Virus record (IMG/VR): IMGVR_UViG_3300005688_000042
Direction: 5' to 3' (one strand)
DNA: 64,000 bases
Origin: a virus
Taxonomy: Duplodnaviria > Heunggongvirae > Uroviricota > Caudoviricetes
The position numbers were made by a program, and so were the translations under genes. The notes under the pieces were generated by a model. It did no database searches, was not told the DNA's origin, and saw only the letters and a list, made by a program, of their open reading frames with translations. Below, piece by piece: positions 54,039 to 63,323 of this stretch (its first letter is position 1; each line of letters begins with the position of its first letter).

Positions 54039-56261
54039 ATGCTTCTGAACGAACGTCGCAGTGAGGGCGCAGTGTCCAACATCCCGCAAGACTTGCGTGG
54101 ACAGTTTACCATTGCCGCTAATGGCAAGGCGTTTGAGATTCTTTCTAGCACACTGTATCAGGATAAGATCGGTTCCATCGTGCGTGAGATTTCTTGTAAC
54201 GCTTATGATGCCCATAAGGAAGCTGGCACTCCTGATCTCCCGTTTGAGATTCATCTGCCGTCTATTATGGAACCGTATTTTTCTGTAAAGGATTATGGTA
54301 TTGGTATGGACACTCACACTGTTGAGAATGTCTTTACTAGCCTATTCGTTTCTACCAAGGAAAACAGTAACGATTCCGTTGGCGCATTCGGTCTTGGTTC
54401 CAAGACTCCATTTGCTTATACTGATACCTTCAACGTGGTGGCAATCAAGGATGGTATGTCGCGTACCTTCACGATGTATAAGCGTGAGGATGGTACTCCT
54501 ATTCACAGTTTGCTTCTGGAAAAGGAAACTACTGAGCCTAATGGTGTTGAGATTATCATGCCGGTTAATAACCTTGGTGATCGTTCGGCATTTGCTAGGG
54601 CTATCTCTCGCCAATTGCATTTCTTTAAGGTTCGCCCGATTATCAAGGGTGGCGATCATTCTGTTGAATGGCAGGATGAACCTACTGATAATGATATTCT
54701 GGTTAAGTATCATAATATTACTATGTTTAAGACTGGCGATTATCGTCGTGGTGTAGTGGCGATTATGGGTCCGGTTGGATATGAATTGAATTTCCAGATT
54801 TTGAAAGAGAAACTTCCCAAGCATGAAAAGGTTATCTCTTGGTTGTCTAATCGTGTTATTCGAATTTACTTTAATATCGGTGATGTTTCCGTAACTCCTT
54901 CGCGTGAGAATCTTTCTTATGATTCTCGCACCATTAAGGCTTTTGATAAGGTTTTCGATGGTCTAATCGAAGAGATTACTGCTACCTTTGAAAAGCAATT
55001 CTCTGGATTCAAGACTCCTTGGGAACGTGCGCAGTTTATCGCAGAATCCAATGATGACGTTGGCAATATCATTGTAATCAAGAACGATAAGGATAATGAT
55101 GGTGTTGTGCGATTCACTGGTCGATATGCCTACTTTGATGTTCAATCGGTTAAAGAGGCTATGGGCGCGAATGCTTGCCATCTCCAGATTATGAGTGTCC
55201 AGCAATTGTCTGGCAATTCTAGGTCTACTTATGCTCAGAATCGCGTGGCTATTAATGAGTTTAATAACAGCCGCAAGTTTATTCTGATTGCGAATGATTG
55301 CAAGTATATGAAGCGTCGGTATATTGCTATCCATAATCAGAATCAGTATTCTACCTGTTGGGTAGTTGTGCCGAGTGATCTGGAAAAGAGTCTGGATATT
55401 CAAAAGGTTTTTGAAGATTCTGGTATTACCACTAAACTGTTGTCCGAGTTTGATCCGGTTGATGTTTCTAGCTCATATTCGTTTGTCAAGGCTCATGGGT
55501 ATATGGTTCCGTTTGAAGAGTTCAAGACTTCTAATCAGGATTTCTGTAAGACTCGTTATAACTGGACCAAGATTGTTGATAAGACTGTAATTGAACCGGC
55601 ATTCTATGTCGTGTCTGATAATGGGGTTATCAATGATTATAAGATTCTGACCAAGTTCAAGGAACTGGTTTCCCTTGGTCTAGTTCCCAATGAATATCAG
55701 ATTCCGATTTACGCTTTCCCCGTTAAGACCGCTGAAAAGATTGCAAAGGATGAAAATTGGATTCTGTTGAATAATTATATTAATGAGCATTTCAATGCTG
55801 ATGCAATTGCTAAACTGTATGCCGATGTATGGGAGAGTGCCGCTTATTTGAATGCTTTCAATTATATCAGGGATAATTCGGATGCGCGTTATCAATTGGT
55901 TCTGAATAATACCAAAGTTAAACAGTGGTTGCTTGATGTTGAATTGACCCTGTTTAGTAAGACTGAAGTTGCATCGCAATATGATTCTGTTATGCTTAAG
56001 CAGATTCTGCAACAGCGTCCGATTGGTAAGTTTAATCATATTGAGGCTACCATTCGGGATTATGTTACTGATAATATCAGGAAGCTGGTGGACCATTATC
56101 CACTGTTGAGGCATATTCGCCACAGTTATTATTTTACTGTTGACGCACAATCAAAGGCTGAATTTGCGGAATATATGGATATGTATGATGCCAAGCATGG
56201 TGCGCCACTTCTTCCGCCTGTAGACTTGGAAGTGCTCGAAAAGTTGTTGACACCGAGCTAA
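54039..56261 (+). CDS. rIIA: rIIA-like protein (GHKL ATPase-like N-domain)
   Basis: KAFEILSSTLY / CNAYDAH / DYGIGMD / GAFGLGSKT match the T4 rIIA N-terminus and Bergerat-fold boxes; start trimmed to MLLNERR with GGAG RBS. Confidence 0.7.
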   Translation: MLLNERRSEGAVSNIPQDLRGQFTIAANGKAFEILSSTLYQDKIGSIVREISCNAYDAHKEAGTPDLPFEIHLPSIMEPYFSVKDYGIGMDTHTVENVFTSLFVSTKENSNDSVGAFGLGSKTPFAYTDTFNVVAIKDGMSRTFTMYKREDGTPIHSLLLEKETTEPNGVEIIMPVNNLGDRSAFARAISRQLHFFKVRPIIKGGDHSVEWQDEPTDNDILVKYHNITMFKTGDYRRGVVAIMGPVGYELNFQILKEKLPKHEKVISWLSNRVIRIYFNIGDVSVTPSRENLSYDSRTIKAFDKVFDGLIEEITATFEKQFSGFKTPWERAQFIAESNDDVGNIIVIKNDKDNDGVVRFTGRYAYFDVQSVKEAMGANACHLQIMSVQQLSGNSRSTYAQNRVAINEFNNSRKFILIANDCKYMKRRYIAIHNQNQYSTCWVVVPSDLEKSLDIQKVFEDSGITTKLLSEFDPVDVSSSYSFVKAHGYMVPFEEFKTSNQDFCKTRYNWTKIVDKTVIEPAFYVVSDNGVINDYKILTKFKELVSLGLVPNEYQIPIYAFPVKTAEKIAKDENWILLNNYINEHFNADAIAKLYADVWESAAYLNAFNYIRDNSDARYQLVLNNTKVKQWLLDVELTLFSKTEVASQYDSVMLKQILQQRPIGKFNHIEATIRDYVTDNIRKLVDHYPLLRHIRHSYYFTVDAQSKAEFAEYMDMYDAKHGAPLLPPVDLEVLEKLLTPS

Positions 56262-56314
56262 GACTGAGTTATGATTACCACACTGAAAACACACACCCAC
56301 TAGGAGTAACAAAC

Positions 56315-57403
56315 ATGGCAACGATTCCCTTCATCTCCACCGAAAATGCTGTTACGGTCGCCGTCGATGGCGCAGCATACACGATTCCAAAGACTGCACC
56401 TAACTATAAGGATGTTAAGTCTGCACTGGTTCGTGGCGAGACCGATGTATCCATTTTTAAGCGTCTTCTGAACATCCGCGAGTATGTTGCACAGTTGACC
56501 GAGGGTCGCGCTGAACTGGTCGATGGTAAGTTGTATTTTGATGGTGGCCCGATGCGTGGTGCTCTTGCTGATCGTGTCGCTACCATGTTCGCAGAAGGTT
56601 TCGGGGTGGCTCCACTGTTGCGCTTCCTGAACCGTGTTGCTGCCAATCCGCGTCTGGACAAGGATAGTAAACTGTATTCGCCTAAGTTTGAAGATGAACT
56701 GTATTTGTTCCTTGAAGGTGGCGATTGCCCGATTACTGAGAATGGCACGTTCCTCGCTTATAAGATGGTGAATTCCGATTTTACGGATATTTACACTGGT
56801 AAGATGGACAATAGTCCGGGCACTCTGGTATCTTTGAAGAGTCCGGAGAATGTTGATCCTGAACGTATGAATACCTGCTCGTATGGTCTGCATTTTGCAT
56901 CGCTGAATTATGTTCTGAATGGTGGATATGGTTCAGGTTCGCATGGTCATCGTCTGGTAGTGGTTGAAATTGATCCCGCTGATGTTATCTCAATTCCTTA
57001 CGATTACGGTAACTCCAAGGGTCGTGCATGGAAGTATACTATCCTCCGTGAGATTGAATGGAATGATCGTATCAAGCCGAATTTCATTTCCACCAACGAT
57101 TGTAACGGTTGGGATGATGCGGAAGATTTTGATGAAGATGATTATGTAGATGATTATGAAGACGATGCAGACGAAGAACAAGGTAATCTGGAGTGGATGA
57201 AGGATGCCGAAGGTCGAGAAGATACTGAGAATGAAGTTGTAAACGTGGTCGCTGTTGGAGTGTTGGAGGACAACGAAGTCCGTGGCATCCGAGCATCGCT
57301 GGCGAGGGGTGAGACTCTGGCAGCAATCGCAAGGTTCTATCAGGTTAGCCCGCGAACTGTAGCACGCATCCGCGATGGTGAAACCTACTCTCACGTAAAG
57401 TGA
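56315..57403 (+). CDS. rIIB: rIIB-like protein with extra acidic tract and C-terminal HTH
   Basis: ENGTFLAYKMV, MDNSPGTLVSLKSP, CSYGLHFASLNYV, VVVEIDPADVISIPYDYGNSKGRAWKYTIL parallel T4 rIIB; directly follows rIIA. Confidence 0.7.
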   Translation: MATIPFISTENAVTVAVDGAAYTIPKTAPNYKDVKSALVRGETDVSIFKRLLNIREYVAQLTEGRAELVDGKLYFDGGPMRGALADRVATMFAEGFGVAPLLRFLNRVAANPRLDKDSKLYSPKFEDELYLFLEGGDCPITENGTFLAYKMVNSDFTDIYTGKMDNSPGTLVSLKSPENVDPERMNTCSYGLHFASLNYVLNGGYGSGSHGHRLVVVEIDPADVISIPYDYGNSKGRAWKYTILREIEWNDRIKPNFISTNDCNGWDDAEDFDEDDYVDDYEDDADEEQGNLEWMKDAEGREDTENEVVNVVAVGVLEDNEVRGIRASLARGETLAAIARFYQVSPRTVARIRDGETYSHVK

Positions 57404-57536
57404 GAGTCTGGTAGATAAGTTATAAAGAATGGCCGGGGAAACCCGGCCATTCATTTTATGTTCATATACATGGTGTTAAAATTGGTACGGCGGTTGGGGA
57501 ACATCATAAATAGACTTACAACAGGAGATCTATTTT

Positions 57537-58055
57537 ATGAAAAATTTTATTAAAGTCGTATGTGCATCGGTCTTAGCCCTTGCATCAATTTCAGCAGTAG
57601 CCAAGCAGAATTATGTTACACTTCCACCAGTACCAGTTACTACAGCAGTGGTTCCAGCAGATGCCTCCGGTTATTGGGCGTCGTATCAGGTTCCCGGCTT
57701 AAAAGTGGTCCTAGCGTCAGGTAGCTACTATGCAGGTAGCTATGGTCCAGCTACTTGCGGAAAGGTTTTAAGAGCTACAGTCTCAATCCCTCGCACTGGT
57801 CCAGTTAACGGTTGGATACACGCAGAAGGTTACAAGCACGATTCTACCAATACGGGAATCCCGTATGGTCAAAGTTTCAACCTCTTGACAAAGTCTGCAC
57901 TAGCTGGTACCTTTAGTGTCGTAGCATACGATGCAACCAACAACTACTTAACAATTCAGTTAAGTACGCCAGCGGGTGGCCCTTCTGGAACTTTTGTGTT
58001 GAATCGTGATCCAACTACACCGTACACTGCGTTAGTGGTTCCAAATTGTCAATAA
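57537..58055 (+). CDS. secreted protein (signal peptide)
   Basis: MKNFIKVVCASVLALASISAVA; AGGAGA RBS. Confidence 0.5.
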   Translation: MKNFIKVVCASVLALASISAVAKQNYVTLPPVPVTTAVVPADASGYWASYQVPGLKVVLASGSYYAGSYGPATCGKVLRATVSIPRTGPVNGWIHAEGYKHDSTNTGIPYGQSFNLLTKSALAGTFSVVAYDATNNYLTIQLSTPAGGPSGTFVLNRDPTTPYTALVVPNCQ

Positions 58056-58083
58056 CAATAATTATAAACAGTTGTAACATTCA

Positions 58084-58114
58084 AAGGGGTGCTTGACGCA
58101 CCCCTTCTTTTTTG
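58084..58114 (+). terminator. rho-independent terminator
   Basis: AAGGGGTGC-ttgac-GCACCCCTT followed by CTTTTTT. Confidence 0.7.
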
Positions 58115-58153
58115 ATATAGTCTATCCACACTAACAACAGGACATAAAAACAA

Positions 58154-58345
58154 ATGAGCAACCTGAACAACCTTCAGGCACGTTTGATTACACTCTCCAA
58201 GCAACTTGCTGAAGCTCGTGGGATGGATGAAGTGGACGATGAACTCGTAGAAGATTTAGAAGATATGATCGCGGACATCGAAGATGAGATTGAAGGAATA
58301 CTCGCAGACGAGTATGATTCGAAGCACGGGGCGCAGTGGAATTAA
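58154..58345 (+). CDS. small acidic protein
   Basis: ORF track. Confidence 0.45.
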   Translation: MSNLNNLQARLITLSKQLAEARGMDEVDDELVEDLEDMIADIEDEIEGILADEYDSKHGAQWN

Positions 58346-58352
58346 ATTATAA

Positions 58353-58425
58353 GCCTCGGTAGCTTAGTGGCCTAAAGCGACTTTCTCTAAAATTGTGATC
58401 GTGAGTTCAAATCTCACCCGAGGCG
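58353..58425 (+). tRNA. tRNA with anticodon CUA (amber-suppressor-like); anticodon stem has two U-U mismatches
   Basis: Acceptor GCCTCGG/CCGAGGC disc G, D GCTT/AAGC, loop cuCUAaa, T-arm GTGAG-TTCAAAT-CTCAC; alternative registers pair worse. Confidence 0.4.
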
Positions 58426-58433
58426 ATATAATC

Positions 58434-59057
58434 ATGTTCCGTTTCCTTGTAAAAGTTCCTAACAAAGTCGGGGTTGCATTTTCCGGTGGAGTCGATTCAT
58501 TGGCTATCGCACATTTCCTGAAAAAGGGAAATAAGGAAGTCACCCTATACCATTTTAACCATCTATGTCAATACTCGGCAGACATTGAGTATAAATGTTG
58601 TCGTCTGGCTGATAGACTCAGAATGCCTATTGTTCTGGCTAGTTATCATGGACAACGTGAGAAGGGACAATCCCTTGAAGACGCATGGCGTAGAGCTAGG
58701 TATCGTTTTCTTAGATCATGTGATCAACAGATTATCACTGGTCATCATATCGATGATGCCGTAGAAACGTGGGTGTGGTCTTCATTACATGGTGAAGGTA
58801 AGTTGATCCCTGTAACTTCTGGTAACATCATCCGTCCGTTTTTGACAACAGAAAAATCAGTTTTCGAAAATCATTGTAAAATCAATAAGTTAGATGTTGT
58901 TGAAGATGAAATGAACAAAGATTTACATCTAATGCGCAATTATATGAGAGCAAATATGATGCAACACATCTATCATATTAATCCGGGATTACGGAAAGTA
59001 ATCAAGAAAAAATACATAAATATGATTAATATTCCAGAATTAGAAGATGACAGTTAA
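58434..59057 (+). CDS. PP-loop ATPase, tRNA(Ile)-lysidine synthetase (TilS)-like; 3' end replaced by the downstream insertion
   Basis: SGGVDS PP-loop; start trimmed to MFRF to clear the tRNA; C-terminal 45 aa duplicated at 60720-60833. Confidence 0.55.
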   Translation: MFRFLVKVPNKVGVAFSGGVDSLAIAHFLKKGNKEVTLYHFNHLCQYSADIEYKCCRLADRLRMPIVLASYHGQREKGQSLEDAWRRARYRFLRSCDQQIITGHHIDDAVETWVWSSLHGEGKLIPVTSGNIIRPFLTTEKSVFENHCKINKLDVVEDEMNKDLHLMRNYMRANMMQHIYHINPGLRKVIKKKYINMINIPELEDDS

Positions 59058-60720
59058 AGAAGAACTACGAGAGATATTCAAACAAAAAAACTGGCCGGGA
59101 TGGTTAGCTAGGAATAGACCACTATTGTTGGCTGAATTAAAACGATTAACTAATTTTGTTCCTGAAGATTTTCCTTTGGTTGTAAGAGCATGGCACATAA
59201 CGAACGAAGTATTCACAATACCAAAATGTGCTCTGTGCGATCAAGTTGTTTTTCTTCGAAAAAAGCAAAACACATACAGTGACTATTGTAGAGAATGTGC
59301 AAGAAAGGTAGAACAACAGAATAGAGAAAAAGCGGTATTGAAAAAATATGGAACCCGCCAGATTTTATCTGTTGGTAGTATTCGCGAAAGTATCAAAAAA
59401 ACTAATTTGAAAAAATATGGCGTAGAATTTGTATCTCAATCTAAAATAATACGAGATAAAATAGAGAATACGGTTAAAGAAAAATATGGAGTATCCAACC
59501 CTTCGCAAGCCGATAGTGTTAAGCAAAAGAAAATTATTAAGTCAATGAAAGTCTACGGTGTTGCTAATCCTCTGATGGTAGATGAAATAAAGGATAAGAT
59601 CAAAGAAACAAATAAAGAAAAATATGGCACGCAAAATGCTATGCAATCTGATAAGATTAAAAATAAAAATAAAGCGACTTGTTTACAAAAATATGGTGTT
59701 GAATTTCATGTGCAAAAAAATCTATCTAACGAAGCATTAGAGGTTTTAAATTCAAAAGATATATTGATTGATATGCATCATAACAAAAAGATGACACAGG
59801 GGGAAATAGCCAAAATCATCGATGTTACTCAAACTACTGTATCTAATTATTGTTTTAAGCATAACATAGAAGTTAAACATTACTTCAGATCTGCTGGAGA
59901 AAAAGAGCTTTTCGATTTTGTGCTATCATCATTTCCAAACGCGATTCCCAACTATAGAAAAATAGCAGGCGTAGAGTTGGATTGCTTCATACCAGATATA
60001 TCATTAGCGATAGAATATAATGGAGTATATTGGCATAGTGAAAAAGTTGGTAAGACACAAAACTTTCATGCTGACAAATATAATTTATGTAAAGATAATG
60101 GAATACGACTAATAACAATCTTCGAAAATGAGTGGACTGAAAAAAATGATTTAGTAAAATTAAAATTATTAAACATATTCGGAAAATCACAAGAACGTAA
60201 GATATTCGCAAGAAAAACTACAATCTGTGAGGTATCTACAAAAGATAAGAATAATTTTTTTGATTTGTACCATATACAAGAATCTGGCCCATCGTCCATA
60301 AATTTTGGCTTAATGAGTGACAATGATTTAGTTGCATGTATGGGTTTCATTAAGTACAATGATTATTATGTTTTGAATAGATACGCATCCTCATGTAATG
60401 TTGTTGGCGGATTTACCAAATTGTTAACACATTTTGAAAACAAATTTGATAAACCTAAGATAGTGACATTTGCAGACTTAAGATGGTCGGGAGGAGATTT
60501 ATATCACAATTCAAAATTTAAGCTTGACAGTGTGCTTGAACCTGATTATAGTTGGGTTAAAGATGGAAAGGTTTGGCATAAATTTAGTTGGAGACATACT
60601 TCCGGTCTTAAAAAATTACAAAATTATGACCCAAACAAATCAGAGATAGAAAACATGCATGCTCATGGATTCTATCGCTTATGGGACTGTGGTAAGCTGC
60701 GGTTCGTAAAAAACACTTGA
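59047..60720 (+). CDS. homing-endonuclease-like protein: Zn ribbon + six KYG-type homing-endonuclease-associated repeats + Vsr/DUF559-like PD-(D/E)xK nuclease + C-terminal domain
   Basis: Repeats KYGTRQ, KYGVEFVSQ, KYGVSNPSQ, VYGVANPLM, KYGTQNAMQ, KYGVEFHVQ; nuclease motif VELDCFIPDISLAIEYNGVYWH. Confidence 0.55.
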   Translation: MTVKEELREIFKQKNWPGWLARNRPLLLAELKRLTNFVPEDFPLVVRAWHITNEVFTIPKCALCDQVVFLRKKQNTYSDYCRECARKVEQQNREKAVLKKYGTRQILSVGSIRESIKKTNLKKYGVEFVSQSKIIRDKIENTVKEKYGVSNPSQADSVKQKKIIKSMKVYGVANPLMVDEIKDKIKETNKEKYGTQNAMQSDKIKNKNKATCLQKYGVEFHVQKNLSNEALEVLNSKDILIDMHHNKKMTQGEIAKIIDVTQTTVSNYCFKHNIEVKHYFRSAGEKELFDFVLSSFPNAIPNYRKIAGVELDCFIPDISLAIEYNGVYWHSEKVGKTQNFHADKYNLCKDNGIRLITIFENEWTEKNDLVKLKLLNIFGKSQERKIFARKTTICEVSTKDKNNFFDLYHIQESGPSSINFGLMSDNDLVACMGFIKYNDYYVLNRYASSCNVVGGFTKLLTHFENKFDKPKIVTFADLRWSGGDLYHNSKFKLDSVLEPDYSWVKDGKVWHKFSWRHTSGLKKLQNYDPNKSEIENMHAHGFYRLWDCGKLRFVKNT

Positions 60721-60833
60721 TACGTAACTACATGCGTGCTAACATGATGGAACATATCTATCATATCAACCCCGGTATTAGAACTGTCATCAAGAAAAAA
60801 TACGAAAAGTTGTTGACAACGTCTGCTGGTTGA
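60720..60833 (+). pseudogene. displaced original 3' end of the tilS-like gene (no start codon)
   Basis: Encodes ...IRNYMRANMMEHIYHINPGIRTVIKKKYEKLLTTSAG*, about 90% aa and 70% nt identical to 58927-59010. Confidence 0.5.
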
Positions 60834-60841
60834 TTTATAGT
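60813..60841 (+). promoter_or_regulatory. sigma70-type promoter TTGACA-N17-TATAGT for rnlA
   Basis: Read directly. Confidence 0.5.
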
Positions 60842-60866
60842 ATATACACTCAACCAAGGAACGCCA

Positions 60867-61979
60867 ATGAACACCTTCCAGCAGACTCTTTACAATGATC
60901 TCATGAAGCTCTGTGAGAACGAAGCTTTCTACTATGTGGATCAGAATGTAGACGGTAAGGTTTTCCGTGTGTTCACTTATCGTTTGGCATCCTACACTGA
61001 ATTCTGCCTCCCGAATGCACTGGAATGCCGTGGTCATACCTTCCTGATGGATGGTGACACTGCGGTGGATTTGGTTTGTCTTCCGCCTGCAAAGTTTTTC
61101 AATCTATACGAAAACAATTTCACAATGGATTTAGATCTAAAGAATGCTGTTCTTTATATGGATAAACTCGACGGCTCATTGATTTCAACCGTAAAAGATT
61201 CAACGATGCATCATGGATTTCGTTTGAAGTCAAAAACTTCATTCATTTCCCAACAAGCCGTTGACGCATATCAATTTCTCTTAAGCAACCATCATTTGTT
61301 AATGGTTGTTTCTGAATATATTGATGATGGATATACTGTAAATTTTGAATGGATCGGAAGTTCTAACCAAATTGTGGTTCGTTATCCGGAACATTCATTA
61401 AAAGTATTAAGCGCACGCAACTTGTTGAACGGTCATACAGAATATCCAGACATTTCTCTTCAACATCAGTTGAGTTCAAAATATGTGGTATCATGTGATT
61501 ATACGATGCGCTCATATGAAGAAATTCTTGATATGACTGGCGTTGAAGGTTTCGTTGTTTTGTTTAATGATGGTCGATTGGCAAAAATAAAAAACAACTG
61601 GTATTCAAAAATTCATCGTTGTAAAGATAGTGTAAACAATCCAAAGGCGCTGTTTCAGGCTTGTCTGTATGAAACTTCTGATGACTTGCGTTCACTGTTC
61701 CATGATGATGAACTGGCGATGAAGCAGATCACTGCAATGGAAACTTTGGTACGTACTAACTTCAATCACATTTCTTCACAGTTGCAGAAGTTTTACGATG
61801 AAAATAAGTTGCTTTCGAGGAAAGATTACGCGATACTTGCGCAACAAACTTTCAAGGATGGCACATTCCCTCTCGCAATGAATCTTTATCTTGGTAAGGA
61901 TATGGGATTGAAGGATTGGATGATGAAGAACTATCGTGAATTCGGTATTACTGATGTTCAACTAGAATCGGAGAATTGA
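60867..61979 (+). CDS. rnlA: RNA ligase 1 (T4 gp63/RnlA homologue)
   Basis: ALECRGHTF, AKFFNLYENNFTMDLDL, nucleotidyl-transfer motif MDKLDGSL, NPKALFQACL, SDDLRSLFHDDE parallel T4 Rnl1 along its length. Confidence 0.8.
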   Translation: MNTFQQTLYNDLMKLCENEAFYYVDQNVDGKVFRVFTYRLASYTEFCLPNALECRGHTFLMDGDTAVDLVCLPPAKFFNLYENNFTMDLDLKNAVLYMDKLDGSLISTVKDSTMHHGFRLKSKTSFISQQAVDAYQFLLSNHHLLMVVSEYIDDGYTVNFEWIGSSNQIVVRYPEHSLKVLSARNLLNGHTEYPDISLQHQLSSKYVVSCDYTMRSYEEILDMTGVEGFVVLFNDGRLAKIKNNWYSKIHRCKDSVNNPKALFQACLYETSDDLRSLFHDDELAMKQITAMETLVRTNFNHISSQLQKFYDENKLLSRKDYAILAQQTFKDGTFPLAMNLYLGKDMGLKDWMMKNYREFGITDVQLESEN

Positions 61980-61980
61980 G

Positions 61981-62178
61981 ATGGCACGTTATTTGTTGAT
62001 TGTCAATGAAAAATTCTACCCTGCCCGTGGTACTGGTGATTGGGTTGGATCTTATGATACATGGGAGAAAGCTGAAGAAATTGGACAAGGTCTTCTAGAG
62101 GACGAGTACAAGTCGTATACTGTAGTAGACTTGCTTGATCTTGTTAACCAACCTGAAGGTGAAAAGGTAGAAGAATGA
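61981..62178 (+). CDS. hypothetical acidic protein
   Basis: ORF track. Confidence 0.45.
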   Translation: MARYLLIVNEKFYPARGTGDWVGSYDTWEKAEEIGQGLLEDEYKSYTVVDLLDLVNQPEGEKVEE

Positions 62179-62179
62179 T

Positions 62180-62431
62180 ATGATCATCGAACTGTATCCC
62201 AATGATGAAAAGTTTGAATTCGAACATGGTGATGAACATGCACTATGGGTAAATGCTTCTGAAGAACAGATAGAAGTGCTATCATCTATGGATTGGATGA
62301 TTTGTTCAGAGGTTGATGGTGATCCAGAGTATATTCATGTTGACTTTGATATTAGCGAACAAGGTATCGGTGCAGCGTTTAATGTTGCCAATCTGATGCT
62401 AAACAAAATTCAAGGTGAGGTTCTGACGTGA
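62180..62431 (+). CDS. hypothetical acidic protein
   Basis: ORF track. Confidence 0.45.
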   Translation: MIIELYPNDEKFEFEHGDEHALWVNASEEQIEVLSSMDWMICSEVDGDPEYIHVDFDISEQGIGAAFNVANLMLNKIQGEVLT

Positions 62432-62613
62432 TGAACAAAGAATTTTGGAATGTATTCATTCCCACCTGTATATGGTTTTGTATCATATGTGTATGTAGTG
62501 CAATCATCTTTCCTTTACCAGAAGGGCAGAAGTTGTTTGATGCACGTACACTTATAATTGTGTCAATATTGTTAAATATTTTGATAGAAGTTAAACAGAT
62601 CAGAAAAGGTTGA
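62428..62613 (+). CDS. small membrane protein
   Basis: ORF track; hydrophobic. Confidence 0.4.
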   Translation: MMNKEFWNVFIPTCIWFCIICVCSAIIFPLPEGQKLFDARTLIIVSILLNILIEVKQIRKG

Positions 62614-62638
62614 CAATCAGAATTAACCATTGTATTAT
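62610..62638 (+). promoter_or_regulatory. sigma70-type promoter TTGACA-N17-TATTAT
   Basis: Read directly. Confidence 0.5.
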
Positions 62639-62671
62639 TTACCCTAACAAACAACTTAAGGATTAAACGAA

Positions 62672-62833
62672 ATGGCTGAAGAACGTAAGACCGGCATGGA
62701 TTACCCTGAATACAAGACCCCGAAGAGTGTCGCAATGTGCTTGCGTGTCATCGGGGAATGTCGTAGACTGACTGAAGAACGTATGACGATCCAGCGTAAG
62801 CTGTTGAATCGTCACGGGAAGTTGCGCAAGTGA
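62672..62833 (+). CDS. small basic protein (53 aa)
   Basis: Hand translation MAEERKTGMDYPEYKTPKSV... Confidence 0.35.
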   Translation: MAEERKTGMDYPEYKTPKSVAMCLRVIGECRRLTEERMTIQRKLLNRHGKLRK

Positions 62834-63042
62834 ATCTCAAAATAGCTCCAGATGAAAGCTTTGCACGTGTTTATCACTTGTATGATGATAAGCGTCCACT
62901 GGCAGTTATTTTGCAAGCACTTGATGGTAACAAAGAACTGGCTTTTACTGTAAAAACGTTGAAATTCAATGAGTTACGTGAAGTGTACGATTTCGTATCA
63001 AACTACAGCGGATGGTTGACAGACGATCAGTGGTTGATGTAG
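62830..63042 (+). CDS. hypothetical protein (GTG start)
   Basis: ORF track. Confidence 0.4.
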   Translation: MNLKIAPDESFARVYHLYDDKRPLAVILQALDGNKELAFTVKTLKFNELREVYDFVSNYSGWLTDDQWLM

Positions 63043-63323
63043 AATTCTTACATGGTCGCAAACATATGAGATTGAAAATCTCATTCAACAAAGTTGATAT
63101 ATAGATGTACTAAAGAATAAATGATAACAACGTGTTGAAAGAACGTAAGATATTTGGCATCACGTTGAGCATTCAAAGACGAATTCAATAGTTTTGAATG
63201 GCACTAGAGCGATACTTTACTGGGATATGATATACTCTAGTGAAAAATTAATCCCTCGCGGTTTTTGAATTGTGAAATGGGTTTAGGAGTACATTGAGTA
63301 CGGGTCGTCGAGTCAGCTATTAA

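Noticed and set aside
54009-57454. Many antisense/overlapping ORFs in the track inside rIIA and rIIB (e.g. 54295..54756, 54342..54824, 55680..56150, 56300..56893, 56990..57454)
   Set aside because: They overlap long, motif-supported genes on the other strand or frame; typical spurious ORFs.
58353-58425. Alternative anticodon registers (UCU/Arg or others) for the tRNA upstream of tilS
   Set aside because: The other registers give at most 1-2 base pairs in the anticodon stem, whereas the CUA register gives 3 pairs plus two U-U.
63043-63323. Possible small RNA in the 280-bp gap before 63324 (hairpins TGAGAT/ATCTCA, CACTAGAG/CTCTAGTG)
   Set aside because: Only generic hairpins and a weak promoter-like sequence; insufficient to call.
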